Source: an uncultured Eubacteriales bacterium (GTDB lineage: Bacteria > Bacillota > Clostridia > Oscillospirales > QAMX01). Taken from it: a stretch of 64,000 nt of DNA. The first letter of the stretch is position 1. The number at the start of each line of letters is the position of its first letter. Of this stretch, positions 1 to 10,125 are shown piece after piece. Below the pieces are notes generated by a model. The model saw only the letters and a program-made list of their open reading frames with translations, was not told the DNA's origin and ran no database searches. The translations under genes and the position numbers were made by a program. The stretch is taken from assembly GCA_934546935.1 (NCBI GenBank), contig CAKTEH010000002.1, positions 156,400 to 220,399 on the forward strand, read 5' to 3'.

Positions 1-1
1 C

Positions 2-979
2 AGCCGTGAGTTCCTTTGGCAGGAAGGCCATACCATGCATGCCACCGCTGAGGAGGCGCGCGCAGAAACCGTCCAGATGCTCAACGTTTACGCCGACTTC
101 CACGAGAAAGATCTGGCCATCCCGGTTGTCAAAGGCGCAAAGACCCCGTCCGACAAGTTCGCGGGCGCAGAAGACACCTACGCCATCGAAGCGCTGATGC
201 ACGACGGCAAGGCGCTGCAGGCCGGTACCTCCCATTATTTCGGCGACGGCTTTGCCCGCGCGTTCGATATCAAGTACACCGACCGTGAAAACAAGCTTGT
301 CTATCCTTTCCAGACCTCCTGGGGCGTCACGACCCGCATGATCGGCGGCATCATCATGACGCACGGCGATAATAACGGCCTTGTCCTTCCGCCCGCAGTC
401 GCGCCGGTGCAGGTCATCGTTATCCCGGTCGCCGCACATAAGAATCCGGCTGTCCTTGACGCTGCAAATGATATCCGCACACGGCTTGCCGCACAGGGCA
501 TCCGCGTACGCGTTGACAATTCCGACCAGAGCCCCGGCTGGAAATTCGCAGAATACGAAATGAAGGGCGTGCCGGTACGCATCGAGATCGGGCCGCGTGA
601 TTACGAGGCGTCCCGTTGTGTCGCCGTCACACGCCATAATCTTGAAAAACATGAAATCGCACTTGCCGACATTGACGCCGCCGTCCCAGCCCTGCTGGCC
701 GCTGTACGTGACGGCATGTACGAAAAAGCGCTGGCCAATCGTGAAAAGCGAACTTTCCGCTGCCGCACGCTCGACGAGATTTCCAAAGTGCGCGCCGCAA
801 ACGGCGATGGTTTTATCAAGGCTATGTGGTGTGGAAGCGAAGAATGCGAGGATAAGGTAAAGGAAGCCACCGGCGTAGGATCGCGCTGTATCCCGTTTGA
901 ACAGGAAGAGATTTCCGACGTTTGTGTCTGCTGCGGGAAAAAAGCCCATAAAATGGTGCTGTGGGCAGTTGCATACTAA
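2..979 (+). CDS. proS: Proline--tRNA ligase, C-terminal ~325 aa (5' end outside window)
   Basis: The frame is open from base 2, and SREFLWQEGHTMHAT precedes the listed ATG at 35. Motifs: TSHYFGDGFA; SWGVTTRMIGGIIMTHGDNNGLVLPP; a C-terminal Cys-rich domain (CGSEECEDK..CVCCGKKA) ending WAVAY. This pattern fits archaeal/eukaryote-like class II ProRS. Confidence 0.9.
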   Translation, partial: SREFLWQEGHTMHATAEEARAETVQMLNVYADFHEKDLAIPVVKGAKTPSDKFAGAEDTYAIEALMHDGKALQAGTSHYFGDGFARAFDIKYTDRENKLVYPFQTSWGVTTRMIGGIIMTHGDNNGLVLPPAVAPVQVIVIPVAAHKNPAVLDAANDIRTRLAAQGIRVRVDNSDQSPGWKFAEYEMKGVPVRIEIGPRDYEASRCVAVTRHNLEKHEIALADIDAAVPALLAAVRDGMYEKALANREKRTFRCRTLDEISKVRAANGDGFIKAMWCGSEECEDKVKEATGVGSRCIPFEQEEISDVCVCCGKKAHKMVLWAVAY

Positions 980-1070
980 AACCGGCCTCATAAAATCAGA
1001 CTGAGACGCCGCCGGTTTCTGTACAAATACCTTTGCCTTTTTCAAACCGGCTTGCCTTGAATAAAGAATA

Positions 1071-1116
1071 GGGAACGCAGGAAAGGCGTGCCAGCCGTTT
1101 CCTGCGTTCCCTTTTT
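1071..1116 (+). terminator. Rho-independent terminator after proS
   Basis: A 14-bp stem GGGAACGCAGGAAA / TTTCCTGCGTTCCC is followed by TTTTT. Confidence 0.7.
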
Positions 1117-1178
1117 ACAGGATTTATTTTCTATAACGGAATTTTATCTTTTTTAATGAAATTTCCTCGCAAGGCTGT

Positions 1179-1207
1179 TTGACATTACTACGTAAACGCC
1201 CTATAAT
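1179..1207 (+). promoter_or_regulatory. Sigma-A type promoter
   Basis: TTGACA, 17 nt, TATAAT (perfect consensus), about 65 nt upstream of the ATG at 1274. Confidence 0.55.
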
Positions 1208-1273
1208 CTGTAGAAGAAATGTATGAAAATACGGAAAAGGTAAAACCCATTTTATCAATAAAAGGATGTGCTT

Positions 1274-3419
1274 ATGGCTATTTCCCCATCTGAGAAACAG
1301 CTTCCCTGGTATAAAAGAACCCGCCGCTGGGGACAGACAAATCTTACAGAAATGGACCCTGTCCACTGTGATCTGAATTTCTGGAAGGATTATTGGAAAC
1401 GTACGCGCGTACAGGGCGTAATTGTAAACGCAGGTGGGATCGTTGCTTATTATCCCAGCGCGCTCGGCCTGCAATACCGGGCAAAAGGACTTGGCAAAAA
1501 AAAATTTCTTCGGCGAATTTACCGCCGCAGCCAGGGAAGCCGGGCTGTCTGTTGTCGCACGAATGGATATCAACCGGGCAACGGGGGATTTTTATAAGGT
1601 ACACCCCGACTGGTTCGCCGTAGACGCTTCCGGCAAACCTTATATGGCCGGCGACCGGTACAGCTCCTGCGTCAATAGTGCCTACTATAAGGAGTTTATC
1701 CCCGAAGTGCTCAAAGAAATTATCACGCGCTACCATCCCGACGGGTTTGCCGACAACAACTGGAAAGGGATTAAGCGCAGCCTTATCTGCTACTGCGATA
1801 ACTGCAAACGAAAATTCCTTCAATACAGCGGCCATGCACTCCCCGAAAAAGAAGATTGGGACAGCCCCGTCTATAAGACCTGGATTAACTGGAGCTATGC
1901 GTGCCGGATGGAGAATTGGGATCTTTTCAACCGGATTACCCGGAAGTACGGCGGGGAAGAATGCCTCTGGCTGGGGATGCTCAATGCCAACCCGCTTAAC
2001 GCCAGCTTCAACTTCTGTGATCTTTATGAAATTGGGAAGCGTTCACAGCTGGTCCTGTGCGACCATCAATCCCGCGACAGCATCAACGGTTTCGAGCAGA
2101 ACAGCATCAACGGCGATCTTTTGCATGATGTTGCCGGTTGGGAACAGATTATCCCTGAGAGCATGAGTTCCCATGTACGTGGGGCGCGTACCTTCCGCCG
2201 CACAAGCAACCCGCTTCCGGAAACCCAAATGTGGATGTATTCCGGCATGGCGGGCGGGATTTCCCCCTGGTACCACATCGTCGGCGCCGTACAGGAGGAC
2301 CGCCGGCTTTTTAAACCGGCAATCGCCGCGATGCAGTGGCATGAAAAAAACGAGGAATACCTTTATAACCGCATGCCGGTTGCAAACGTCGGGCTGGTAT
2401 GGAGCCGGGAAAATATTGATTTTTACGGACGTGACTGCGCGCAGGTCAATGTTGGGCTTCCCTGGCGCGGCTTCACCCACGCGCTGACCCGCGCCCAGAT
2501 CCCATTCCTTCCATTAAATGCCAACCACATCCCGCAAACCCAGAAAGACTTTAAAGTCCTGATCCTTCCCGAGCTTGCCGTGATGACCGGCCGGCAAATC
2601 CAGTTGCTGCACAGCTTTGTGGAATCCGGCGGAAGCCTGATCCTGACCGGGGCGTCCGGTACGCTCGACGAATGGGGCGTCCGCCGCGAACACTTCCCGC
2701 TTTCCTCTATCGCAGGCATCCGGCATTTCGGCACAGCAGAGGGTGCGCCGAGGATCGTCCGGGAGAACTGGGAACATTACGAAGCGCATAACTATCTGCG
2801 CATCGGGCAGCACGAAAACCCGCTCTTTTCCAGGCTGGAAGAGACCGATATCCTGCCCTTTGGCGGGGAGTTGCAGAACGTAGAACCGGTTAACTTCATG
2901 CAGACTGCGGCAACCTATATTCCCGAATTCCCAATTGTCCCTCCGGAGTTAAGCTGGATGCGTCAGCCCGTGACCGATAAGCCGGCTATCCTGGCAGGCA
3001 CACATCCCAGCGGCGGCCGTATTGCTTATTTCGCATGCGATATTGACCGCTGTTACGGCGTTTCCCAACTTCCGGACCATGGCGATCTTCTGGCGAATGC
3101 GGTCCGCTGGACCTGTTTCGAGGACGTACCCGTAAAGATTTCCGGGCCGGGCTATCTATGCTGCAAGCTTTACCGGCAGGAGGGCCGGATGATCCTGCAT
3201 ATCCTGAACCTGAGCGGCGCAAACGGTTTCCCGGATTATCTGGAAGAAAATTTTCCGGTCGGCCCGCTTCATGTCGCCGTAAACACCGGAAGCCTGGCAG
3301 TAAAAAAAGCCGCCCTCCGCGTGGCGGAAACGCAAATCCCGGTACATGTCCGCGACGGATGGGCCAGCCTGGTGTTGGACAAGATCACCGACCATGAAAT
3401 GATCCTGCTGGAAGCGTAG
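1274..3419 (+). pseudogene. GHL6/GH42-like putative glycoside hydrolase with beta-galactosidase-trimerisation-like domain, interrupted by a +1 frameshift in an A9 run (or assembly error)
   Basis: ORFs 1268..1597 and 1434..3419 are the N- and C-parts of one protein. ..GGIVAYYPSALGLQYRAKGLGKK joins NFFGEFTAAAREAGLSVVARMD if A9 (1496-1504) is read as A8, and 2146 nt minus 1 gives 715 codons. The C-part has the block KVLILPELAVMTGRQIQLLHSFVESGGSLILTG. RBS AAAGGA lies 7 nt before ATG 1274. Confidence 0.7.
1496..1504. repeat. A9 homopolymer at the frameshift site
   Basis: ggcAAAAAAAAAtttc read directly. The reading frame changes exactly here. Confidence 0.95.
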
Positions 3420-3484
3420 CCGCCAACACACAAGTGTTTTCCCATCCCCATCCGTTTCAATTAAACTTCTATAAGGAGGAACCC

Positions 3485-4396
3485 ATGAAATTTTCCATTG
3501 CAACCTGGGCCTTTATGTACGGACAGTATGCGAAAAACCCTTGGCCCATCGGGAAGATTCTGGAATGGACGGCGCATGCCGGCTATGACGGCACGGAATT
3601 CTGCGGTTTCCACATGCCTTCGCCCGAGGACGAATACGATACGCCTGAAAAATGCCGCGAACTGATGGCATTGGTACGGGAAAACGGGCTGGAAGCGCCA
3701 TATTACGCCGCCCAATGCCGTGCTGCGCCCCCGTCAGTCAGCGAGCGCAGCGTATACATGGCGCGTTTTGAAAAAGCGCTGCGCTTTTGCGTCAACTGCG
3801 GTATCCCAATCATGCGCCTCGATAGCGCAGTGCGGCCTGAAGCGTTTTCAGAAGAGGAATACAAAATCCATTTTGACCGGCTCATCGGCAACTGGCGGGC
3901 GAGCGCCCGGCTGGCAGCATCTTTTGGGGTCAATCTTGTCTTTGAGTCCGAACCGCCGATGTGGATCAACAAACCCAGCGAGGTCCTTGCCGCTGTCGAA
4001 GCGGTAAACGAAGCAAACTTTAAAATCCTTTTTGATCTAAGCCATAGCTATGTATCCGCAGTCCGCGGTATGCTGCAGGTTGGGGAAAAGGAGACCCTGC
4101 CAGGCGGGCTGGTTGAATACATCCACATGATCGGCCATCATATCGGCGCAGTACATCTGATCGACACCAACGGAAAGCTCTATGGCGAGGATGAAGGCGG
4201 CGCCGGTACAAGCGTACACCTGCCTTTCGGCGAAGGCATCCTTGATTTTGATGCGGTCTTTGAAGCGTTATGGCCATATGCGGGGAAGCTCGATTTCTGG
4301 AGCCTTGATTTCTTTGCCTGCCGCGACGCAGAGCACACCGGTGTAGAAGCGTTGAAATTCCTGCGCGAAAAAATCGCGCGTTTTGAAAACCAATAA
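3485..4396 (+). CDS. Sugar phosphate isomerase/epimerase (xylose-isomerase-like TIM barrel)
   Basis: RBS AAGGAGGA lies 5 nt before ATG 3485 (MKFSIATWAF). The family pattern is present: ..GYDGTEF.., ..LVFESEP.., ..HLIDTNG.., LPFGEGILDF. Confidence 0.8.
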   Translation: MKFSIATWAFMYGQYAKNPWPIGKILEWTAHAGYDGTEFCGFHMPSPEDEYDTPEKCRELMALVRENGLEAPYYAAQCRAAPPSVSERSVYMARFEKALRFCVNCGIPIMRLDSAVRPEAFSEEEYKIHFDRLIGNWRASARLAASFGVNLVFESEPPMWINKPSEVLAAVEAVNEANFKILFDLSHSYVSAVRGMLQVGEKETLPGGLVEYIHMIGHHIGAVHLIDTNGKLYGEDEGGAGTSVHLPFGEGILDFDAVFEALWPYAGKLDFWSLDFFACRDAEHTGVEALKFLREKIARFENQ

Positions 4397-4437
4397 AAAC
4401 GGTCTGCGGCCACCGGGTCGCAGCAGATGCGGGACGG

Positions 4438-4498
4438 GCATCCATACCGGCACATCATTAGGTCTTAGAAGATGTGCCCTATGGATGCTTTTTATTTT
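4438..4498 (+). terminator. Long imperfect hairpin + T-run (terminator of the isomerase gene)
   Basis: GCATCCATA..GCACATC / GATGTGC..TATGGATGC is followed by TTTTTATTTT. It ends 15 nt before the pnuC-like start. Confidence 0.55.
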
Positions 4499-4512
4499 GG
4501 AGGGTTTTATCC

Positions 4513-5208
4513 ATGCATGCGTTATTTCATAATCCATTTGCAGGCTTTACAGCCCGGCAGTGGTGTCTATGGGGTGTTTCTCTGCTTACCGTCTTCGCCG
4601 CAAACCTGGCGTCCGGAGAAGTGGAAATTTTCACGCTTTCCGGTACGCTGATCGGTGTGACCGCGCTGGTCTTTGTCGCACGCGGCGATGTGTGGGGGCA
4701 AATTCTAACCGTTTTATTTAGTATCTTATACTCAATCACCGCACTGAAATACCGGTATTACAGCGAAATCATCACTTATCTCGGTATGTCTGCGCCCATC
4801 GCCGCCGCAAGCGTAATTACCAGGCTGCGCCATCCATACGCAGGCGGATGCGAAGTAGAGATTCATACGCAGTCCCGGCGGCAGACGGGGGTGATGTGGG
4901 TGCTCACGATTTTTGTAACATCTCTGTTTTACTTTATACTCCGCGCCCTTGATACGCCCAACCTGCTGGTCAGTACGCTCTCCGTGCTGACCAGCTTCCT
5001 GGCTTCGTATCTGATGCCGCTGCGCTGCTGCGGCTATGCGCTGGCATATGCAGTCAACGATATCGTCCTGATCCTGCTTTGGGTCTGCGCAGCCCGGGAA
5101 GATATGCGCGTCCTTCCCATGGTTTTGTGCTTTGCTGCATTCCTGATTAACGACCTTTACGGCTTCATAAGCTGGAAGAAACGGAAAAAAGCACAAAGCC
5201 TCATATAA
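4513..5208 (+). CDS. PnuC-like nicotinamide riboside/NMN transporter family membrane protein
   Basis: GGAGGG RBS before ATG 4513. The protein is polytopic and hydrophobic. It has the blocks ..VFVARGDVWGQILTVLFSILYSITALKYRYYSEI.. and C-terminal ..FLINDLYGFISWKKRKK, which resemble PnuC. The family call is from memory only. Confidence 0.55.
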   Translation: MHALFHNPFAGFTARQWCLWGVSLLTVFAANLASGEVEIFTLSGTLIGVTALVFVARGDVWGQILTVLFSILYSITALKYRYYSEIITYLGMSAPIAAASVITRLRHPYAGGCEVEIHTQSRRQTGVMWVLTIFVTSLFYFILRALDTPNLLVSTLSVLTSFLASYLMPLRCCGYALAYAVNDIVLILLWVCAAREDMRVLPMVLCFAAFLINDLYGFISWKKRKKAQSLI

Positions 5209-5320
5209 AACACGGACCCAAAAAGGGCTGTGCATCCTATAAAGACGCATAGTCCTTTTTACTGATTCCTTTTTTCGTGTGAAAGTTTACATATCTGTTT
5301 TTTCGTAAAGTTTATGCCCC

Positions 5321-5348
5321 TTGACATCGAAGTTGAATCCTGTAGAAT
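5321..5348 (+). promoter_or_regulatory. Candidate promoter of the serine-hydrolase/esterase gene string
   Basis: TTGACA, 16 nt, TG-T-AGAAT/TAGAAT (extended -10), about 50 nt upstream of ATG 5399. Confidence 0.45.
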
Positions 5349-5398
5349 TAATCTATTCGAATACTAACTATAAGAAACATCGAATCCGGAGGCAACTT

Positions 5399-6559
5399 AT
5401 GGCAACATTTAAACAGCTTGACGCACTTCTGCAAAGCTTTGTGGAAAACGGGCTGCCCGGCTGCTCCCTGCAAATCGCGCAGCGGGGTGAAACGCTTTAT
5501 GAAGGCTATTTTGGTTATGCCGATCTGGAAACCAAAACTCCAGTTACCCGCAACAGCATTTTCCGGCAGGCGTCCATGTCCAAAATCCCGCTTTACACCG
5601 TTGCAATGATGCTCTATGAAAAGGGGAAATTCCTGCTGACCGACCCGATTTACGACTTCCTTCCCGAATGGAAAAACACCAAAAAGTTTGTCCATTCCCC
5701 TAATGGTTACCCGCATATCGTCCCGGTCGAACACCCGGTTACAGTCAGTGATGTGCTCTCCATGAAATGCCCGCTGCCGTACTGCAACGCCCCTGCGCAA
5801 AGCAATGACCCAAGTTTCAACGCCATGGCCGAATGCATGAAGCCGTTGTGGGAAAAGGGCCATTTCTCAAACCGTGAACAGGTTGCGGCTATTGCCAATG
5901 CACCGCTGGCCTGTGAACCGGGCACAAAATGGATGTATGGCTTTTCCAGCGAATTGACTGCCGCGCTTATCGAAGCAGTCTGCGGCAAGGGTATCGACGA
6001 TGTTTTTGAAGAAATGCTCTTTATGCCGCTGGGAATGGATTCCACCCGTTCGCACTTCTTCGGCGACATTGAACAGCGCATGGTGAAGCTCTATGCCCTC
6101 GGCCAGGACGGCAAGCTCATCCCGGCATCCAACAGGCTCGACTTAAAACACCGTCCTGAGCCGGAATATGAATCCGGTTGGGCGCGGCTGTTCTCCAATG
6201 TGAACGATTATACCAAGCTCATGCAAATGCTGGCAAACGGCGGCGTTTACAATGGCGAACGCATTATGGGCCGCAAGACCATCGACCTGATGCGCGCAAA
6301 CGGCCTGGAGAAGCCGTTTGCGGATCTGTACAACGCCGGATACGGCTACGGTTACGGCGTGCGCACGCTTATAGACAAGGAAAAAGGGAATCATAACGGC
6401 TCTCTCGGCGCGTTCGGCTGGACCGGCGGCTTCGGGACCTGGTGCGAAGCGGATCCGCAGGACGGCGTCAGTATTGTCTACATGCATAACCGCATTCCCA
6501 ACGGCGAGACTTATTATCATCTGCGTATGCGTGCCGCCGCTTATGGCTGCATCAAATAA
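5399..6559 (+). CDS. Beta-lactamase-fold serine hydrolase (class C / family VIII carboxylesterase-like), paralog 1
   Basis: GGAGG RBS. S-x-x-K nucleophile motif in FRQASMSKIPLY. Also WMYGFSSE and GAFGWTGGFGTWCEADP. Confidence 0.85.
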   Translation: MATFKQLDALLQSFVENGLPGCSLQIAQRGETLYEGYFGYADLETKTPVTRNSIFRQASMSKIPLYTVAMMLYEKGKFLLTDPIYDFLPEWKNTKKFVHSPNGYPHIVPVEHPVTVSDVLSMKCPLPYCNAPAQSNDPSFNAMAECMKPLWEKGHFSNREQVAAIANAPLACEPGTKWMYGFSSELTAALIEAVCGKGIDDVFEEMLFMPLGMDSTRSHFFGDIEQRMVKLYALGQDGKLIPASNRLDLKHRPEPEYESGWARLFSNVNDYTKLMQMLANGGVYNGERIMGRKTIDLMRANGLEKPFADLYNAGYGYGYGVRTLIDKEKGNHNGSLGAFGWTGGFGTWCEADPQDGVSIVYMHNRIPNGETYYHLRMRAAAYGCIK

Positions 6560-6572
6560 AAGGAGGGGCAGT

Positions 6573-7772
6573 ATGTCGAATTTTCGTGATTTAGATGCAC
6601 TTTTGCAGAAATATGTTGACGACGGGCTTCCTGGATGCAGCTGCGTCATTGCCAAAAAAGGCGAGATTTTATACGAGGGATACTTTGGCTATTCCGATGT
6701 GGAAAACAAGACGGCGCTGACCCGCAATAACGTTTTCCGGCAGGCTTCGCTGACCAAGGTCGCGATGTACACGACTGCGATGATGCTCTATGAGCAGGGG
6801 AAATTCCTGATGACCGACCCGCTTTACGAGTATTTCCCGGAATACCGCCATATGAATAAATATATCGTTAAGGAAAACGGCGAGGTCGATGTTGTGCCGG
6901 CTGAGAAGCCGATTACCATCAAGCAGATCATGAACATGACCTGCGGTATGCCATATGAAATGATCATGGGCTTTTCCCCGGTCGCACACCCAACCGCGGT
7001 CGCTATGGCCAAGGCAATGAAGCCGCTGCGTGAGAAGGGGTATTACACCCTTCGGGAACAGATCCGTGCCTGCGCCGAAGCGCCGCTCGCCTTCGAACCA
7101 GGCACACGTTGGCTCTACGGATTTGCCAGCGAGTTGACTGCAGGCCTGTTGGAAGCGGTCGGCGGCAAACCGGCAGAAATGGTCATCAAGGAAATGCTGT
7201 TTGAGCCGTTGGGGATGGACAGCTCTGCCAATTTCCTTTTCGGCGATCTTGAGCAGCGTCTGGTCAAAAATTATTTCCTGACCCGGGGCAAAAACCTTGG
7301 CGAGGAGGGCGCGCTGTATGTCGCGCCTGCCCATATGGAGGCAGCTATGGTCGGGCCGCTCGGCACTGTGCCGGGATTTTCCCGCGTCATCACCAACTGC
7401 TGGGACTATACAAAGCTGATGCAGATGTTGGCAAACGGCGGCGTCTATAACGGCGAACGCATTATGGGCCGCAAAACCATCGACCTGATGCGCACCAATA
7501 CCCTGACGCCGGAAATGATCCGGCAGGATTTCAGCAACGATTACCTTGCAGGCTATGGGTACGGCTATGGCGTACGCACACTGATGGATAAATATGCCGG
7601 ACATCATAACGGATCGCTCGGTGCATTCGGTTGGACCGGCGGCTCGGGTACTTGGGCGGAAGCGGACCCGGAAGACGGCGTCAGCATTGTATATATGCAC
7701 AACCTTCAGCCTAATCTTGAACAATACCATCACCTCCGTATGCGCGCGACAGCATATGGCTGCCTTGAATGA
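6573..7772 (+). CDS. Beta-lactamase-fold serine hydrolase, paralog 2
   Basis: AAGGAGGGG RBS before ATG 6573. FRQASLTKVAMY (SxxK), WLYGFASE, GAFGWTGGSGTWAEADP. It shares the block YTKLMQMLANGGVYNGERIMGRKTIDLMR identically with paralog 1. Confidence 0.85.
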   Translation: MSNFRDLDALLQKYVDDGLPGCSCVIAKKGEILYEGYFGYSDVENKTALTRNNVFRQASLTKVAMYTTAMMLYEQGKFLMTDPLYEYFPEYRHMNKYIVKENGEVDVVPAEKPITIKQIMNMTCGMPYEMIMGFSPVAHPTAVAMAKAMKPLREKGYYTLREQIRACAEAPLAFEPGTRWLYGFASELTAGLLEAVGGKPAEMVIKEMLFEPLGMDSSANFLFGDLEQRLVKNYFLTRGKNLGEEGALYVAPAHMEAAMVGPLGTVPGFSRVITNCWDYTKLMQMLANGGVYNGERIMGRKTIDLMRTNTLTPEMIRQDFSNDYLAGYGYGYGVRTLMDKYAGHHNGSLGAFGWTGGSGTWAEADPEDGVSIVYMHNLQPNLEQYHHLRMRATAYGCLE

Positions 7773-8962
7773 ACGCTATGAAATACGATTTTTCAAAGCT
7801 TGACGCGCTTTTGCGCCGTTTTGCAGCTGAATCTGTCCCAAGCTGCGCCTGTGCCGTCGTAAAAGACGGCGAGCTTCTATACGAAGGCTACTATGGCTAT
7901 GCGGATTTGGAGGCAAAAGCGCCGGTAACGCCTGCGTCACTGTACCGGCAAGCCTCGATGACAAAGCTTGTCACCTATACGATTTTAATGATGCTGATGG
8001 AACAGGGCAAATGCCGCATGGACCAGCCGCTTTCGGATTTCTACCCTGCATGGGCAGACAAGACGAAATTTGTCCCGTGCGAAGACGGCTATGCCATCGT
8101 GCCCCTGGAAAAGACGATTACGCTCGGCGACTGTACTGCTATGATGTGCGGTATGCCCTATTGCTTCGGCCCGGCGCCTTCGGATACCAAAGACCCGGTT
8201 TTAAAAGCCATGAGCCAGGCAATGCAGCCGGTTTGGGCAAAAGGACATTACCGTGTGCAGGAAGCCATTGCCGCAATGGCGCAGGTACCTGTTGCATTCG
8301 AACCAGGCACAGACTGGATGTACGGTTTCGGCAGCGAAATTGTCGGCGGTGTCGTCGAATTGATTACGGGCATGCCGCTTTATCAGGCAATGCGCCGTTA
8401 TATTTTCATGCCGTTGGATATGCGCGACACCGACACGCTTTTTCATGATGATTTCGAACAGCGCCTGGTCGGCATGTATACCGTGCAAAACGGGCAGTTT
8501 ATTCGGATGCCGGCGGATATCGACCGCGGCCAGCGTCCGGGCGAGGAAAATGAAGAGGGGCGTCCAAGCCTGATGACCAATGTCCGTGACTTTTCCAAAC
8601 TCATGCAGTTGTGGGCGCATGACGGGGTATATAAAGGCGTACGGCTGTTAAAGCCGGAGACTATGCGTTTTATGCGTCAAAACCTCCTGTCCGGCGATGT
8701 GCTTTCCCAATATCAGGGCGGGCCGGATGGCTACAATGCCGGATATGGCTATGGCTACGGTGTTCGGACTCTCCTTGCCCCGCGCGAAGGCTGCGGAAAC
8801 GTCGGTTCCTACGGCTGGACTGGCGGATATGGGAGCTGGTGTGAAGCCGACCCGGTGGAGCACGCCAGCATTGTTTATATGCATAATATGATCCCCAACC
8901 GCGAGCAGGAGCACCATCTGCCTGTGCGTGCCGCCGCATATGGCGCACTGCGCGGAAATTAA
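7769..8962 (+). CDS. Beta-lactamase-fold serine hydrolase, paralog 3
   Basis: ATGA start/stop overlap with paralog 2 (alternative start 7778). YRQASMTKLVTY (SxxK), WMYGFGSE, GSYGWTGGYGSWCEADP. Confidence 0.8.
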   Translation: MNAMKYDFSKLDALLRRFAAESVPSCACAVVKDGELLYEGYYGYADLEAKAPVTPASLYRQASMTKLVTYTILMMLMEQGKCRMDQPLSDFYPAWADKTKFVPCEDGYAIVPLEKTITLGDCTAMMCGMPYCFGPAPSDTKDPVLKAMSQAMQPVWAKGHYRVQEAIAAMAQVPVAFEPGTDWMYGFGSEIVGGVVELITGMPLYQAMRRYIFMPLDMRDTDTLFHDDFEQRLVGMYTVQNGQFIRMPADIDRGQRPGEENEEGRPSLMTNVRDFSKLMQLWAHDGVYKGVRLLKPETMRFMRQNLLSGDVLSQYQGGPDGYNAGYGYGYGVRTLLAPREGCGNVGSYGWTGGYGSWCEADPVEHASIVYMHNMIPNREQEHHLPVRAAAYGALRGN

Positions 8963-8971
8963 GGAGGAGCT

Positions 8972-10108
8972 ATGAAAAAACCGCTTAATCCGGCGCTGGA
9001 AACACATATGTTGTTTTTTCATCCCGCATATATGGAAATGCGGCCTTTTGACGAAATCGGGCCAAAGCATTTCCCGGCCATGCGCGGCGTAGAGATCAAT
9101 GAGCAAGGCCACGCGGTGTTCCATTACCGCGCGCCAAATGCCAGAAGCGTCGAAGTCGGCGATCTCGGCGGCGCGCTTTCGGGGAAACGCTTCCCGATGG
9201 AAAAAGGCGAAGACGGCATTTGGACGGTTACCATCCCGCAGCTGACGCCCGGGTTCCATTATCATGCCTATTACGTCGACGGCAACCGTGCCTCCAATCC
9301 GCAGGCCCCTTATGGGTATGGCGGGCATGAAGTAACCAACTTTATCGAAGTCCCCGACCCCGACGGCGATTTTTACCTTTGCCAGGATGTGCCACACGGC
9401 ACAGTCCATATGGAGATTTACCGTTCATCCAAAACCGGGAATATGCACAATGTTTGGATCTATACCCCGGCATCCTATGCCGAAGATCATAAACGGCGTT
9501 ACCCGGTGCTGTACCTGCATCATGGCGGCGGCGAAAATGAAACTGGGTGGATCTGGCAGGGGAAGATCAATTATATCCTTGACAACCTGATCGCCGAAGG
9601 CAAATGCCGCGAGATGATTGTCGTTATGCCCTGTATGTATGACATTGATTATGAAAATCCCGGCGATTTCCTTGCCGGCGACTACGACCACCTGTTGACG
9701 GCCGACTGCATGCCTCTGATTGAACGCAAATACCGCATCCTTTCTGACGGCGCATCCCGCGCAATCGCAGGGCTTTCCATGGGATCCTTCCATTCCCTGT
9801 CTGTTGCCTGTAACCATCCGGGGATGTTCGGCTATATCGCGCTGTTTTCAGGTTCGCTTGACCAACGCTGGTACGGCTGGTGCGACTGCCGCGGCGTACT
9901 GGAAAAAGAGCCTGCCATGCGCGCAAATACAAAACTTGTATTTCTTTCCGTTGGGACAGATGAAACGCGGCTTTATAACAGAATCCAGGAAAACCGTAAA
10001 TTTTTAGACCGCTGCGGCATAAAAAACGCTTATTATGAGCGTCCCGGATACCACGACTGGACCGTGTGGCGCTACTCGGTACGCGAATTCCTGCAGCAAC
10101 TCTTCTGA
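8972..10108 (+). CDS. Esterase (PF00756/CE1-like alpha/beta hydrolase) with N-terminal E-set/CBM48-like domain
   Basis: AAGGAGGAG RBS. YPVLYLHHGGGENETGW. Nucleophile elbow GLSMGS in RAIAGLSMGSFHS. C-terminal GYHDWTVW. Confidence 0.8.
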   Translation: MKKPLNPALETHMLFFHPAYMEMRPFDEIGPKHFPAMRGVEINEQGHAVFHYRAPNARSVEVGDLGGALSGKRFPMEKGEDGIWTVTIPQLTPGFHYHAYYVDGNRASNPQAPYGYGGHEVTNFIEVPDPDGDFYLCQDVPHGTVHMEIYRSSKTGNMHNVWIYTPASYAEDHKRRYPVLYLHHGGGENETGWIWQGKINYILDNLIAEGKCREMIVVMPCMYDIDYENPGDFLAGDYDHLLTADCMPLIERKYRILSDGASRAIAGLSMGSFHSLSVACNHPGMFGYIALFSGSLDQRWYGWCDCRGVLEKEPAMRANTKLVFLSVGTDETRLYNRIQENRKFLDRCGIKNAYYERPGYHDWTVWRYSVREFLQQLF

Positions 10109-10125
10109 GAGAAAGGATCGACACT

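Noticed and set aside
4397-4512. Possible NAD+/pnuC-motif riboswitch upstream of the PnuC-like gene
   Set aside because: I could only see a generic long hairpin with a T-run, which is equally well explained as the terminator of the upstream isomerase gene. I could not match any riboswitch consensus from memory. A cmsearch with the Rfam nadA and pnuC motifs would settle it.
6209-7495. Near-identical ~88-nt segments in serine hydrolase paralogs 1 and 2, considered as a dispersed repeat or mobile element
   Set aside because: Both copies are in frame within homologous positions of paralogous genes. There are no terminal repeats or spacers. This is paralogy or gene conversion, not a repeat element or CRISPR.
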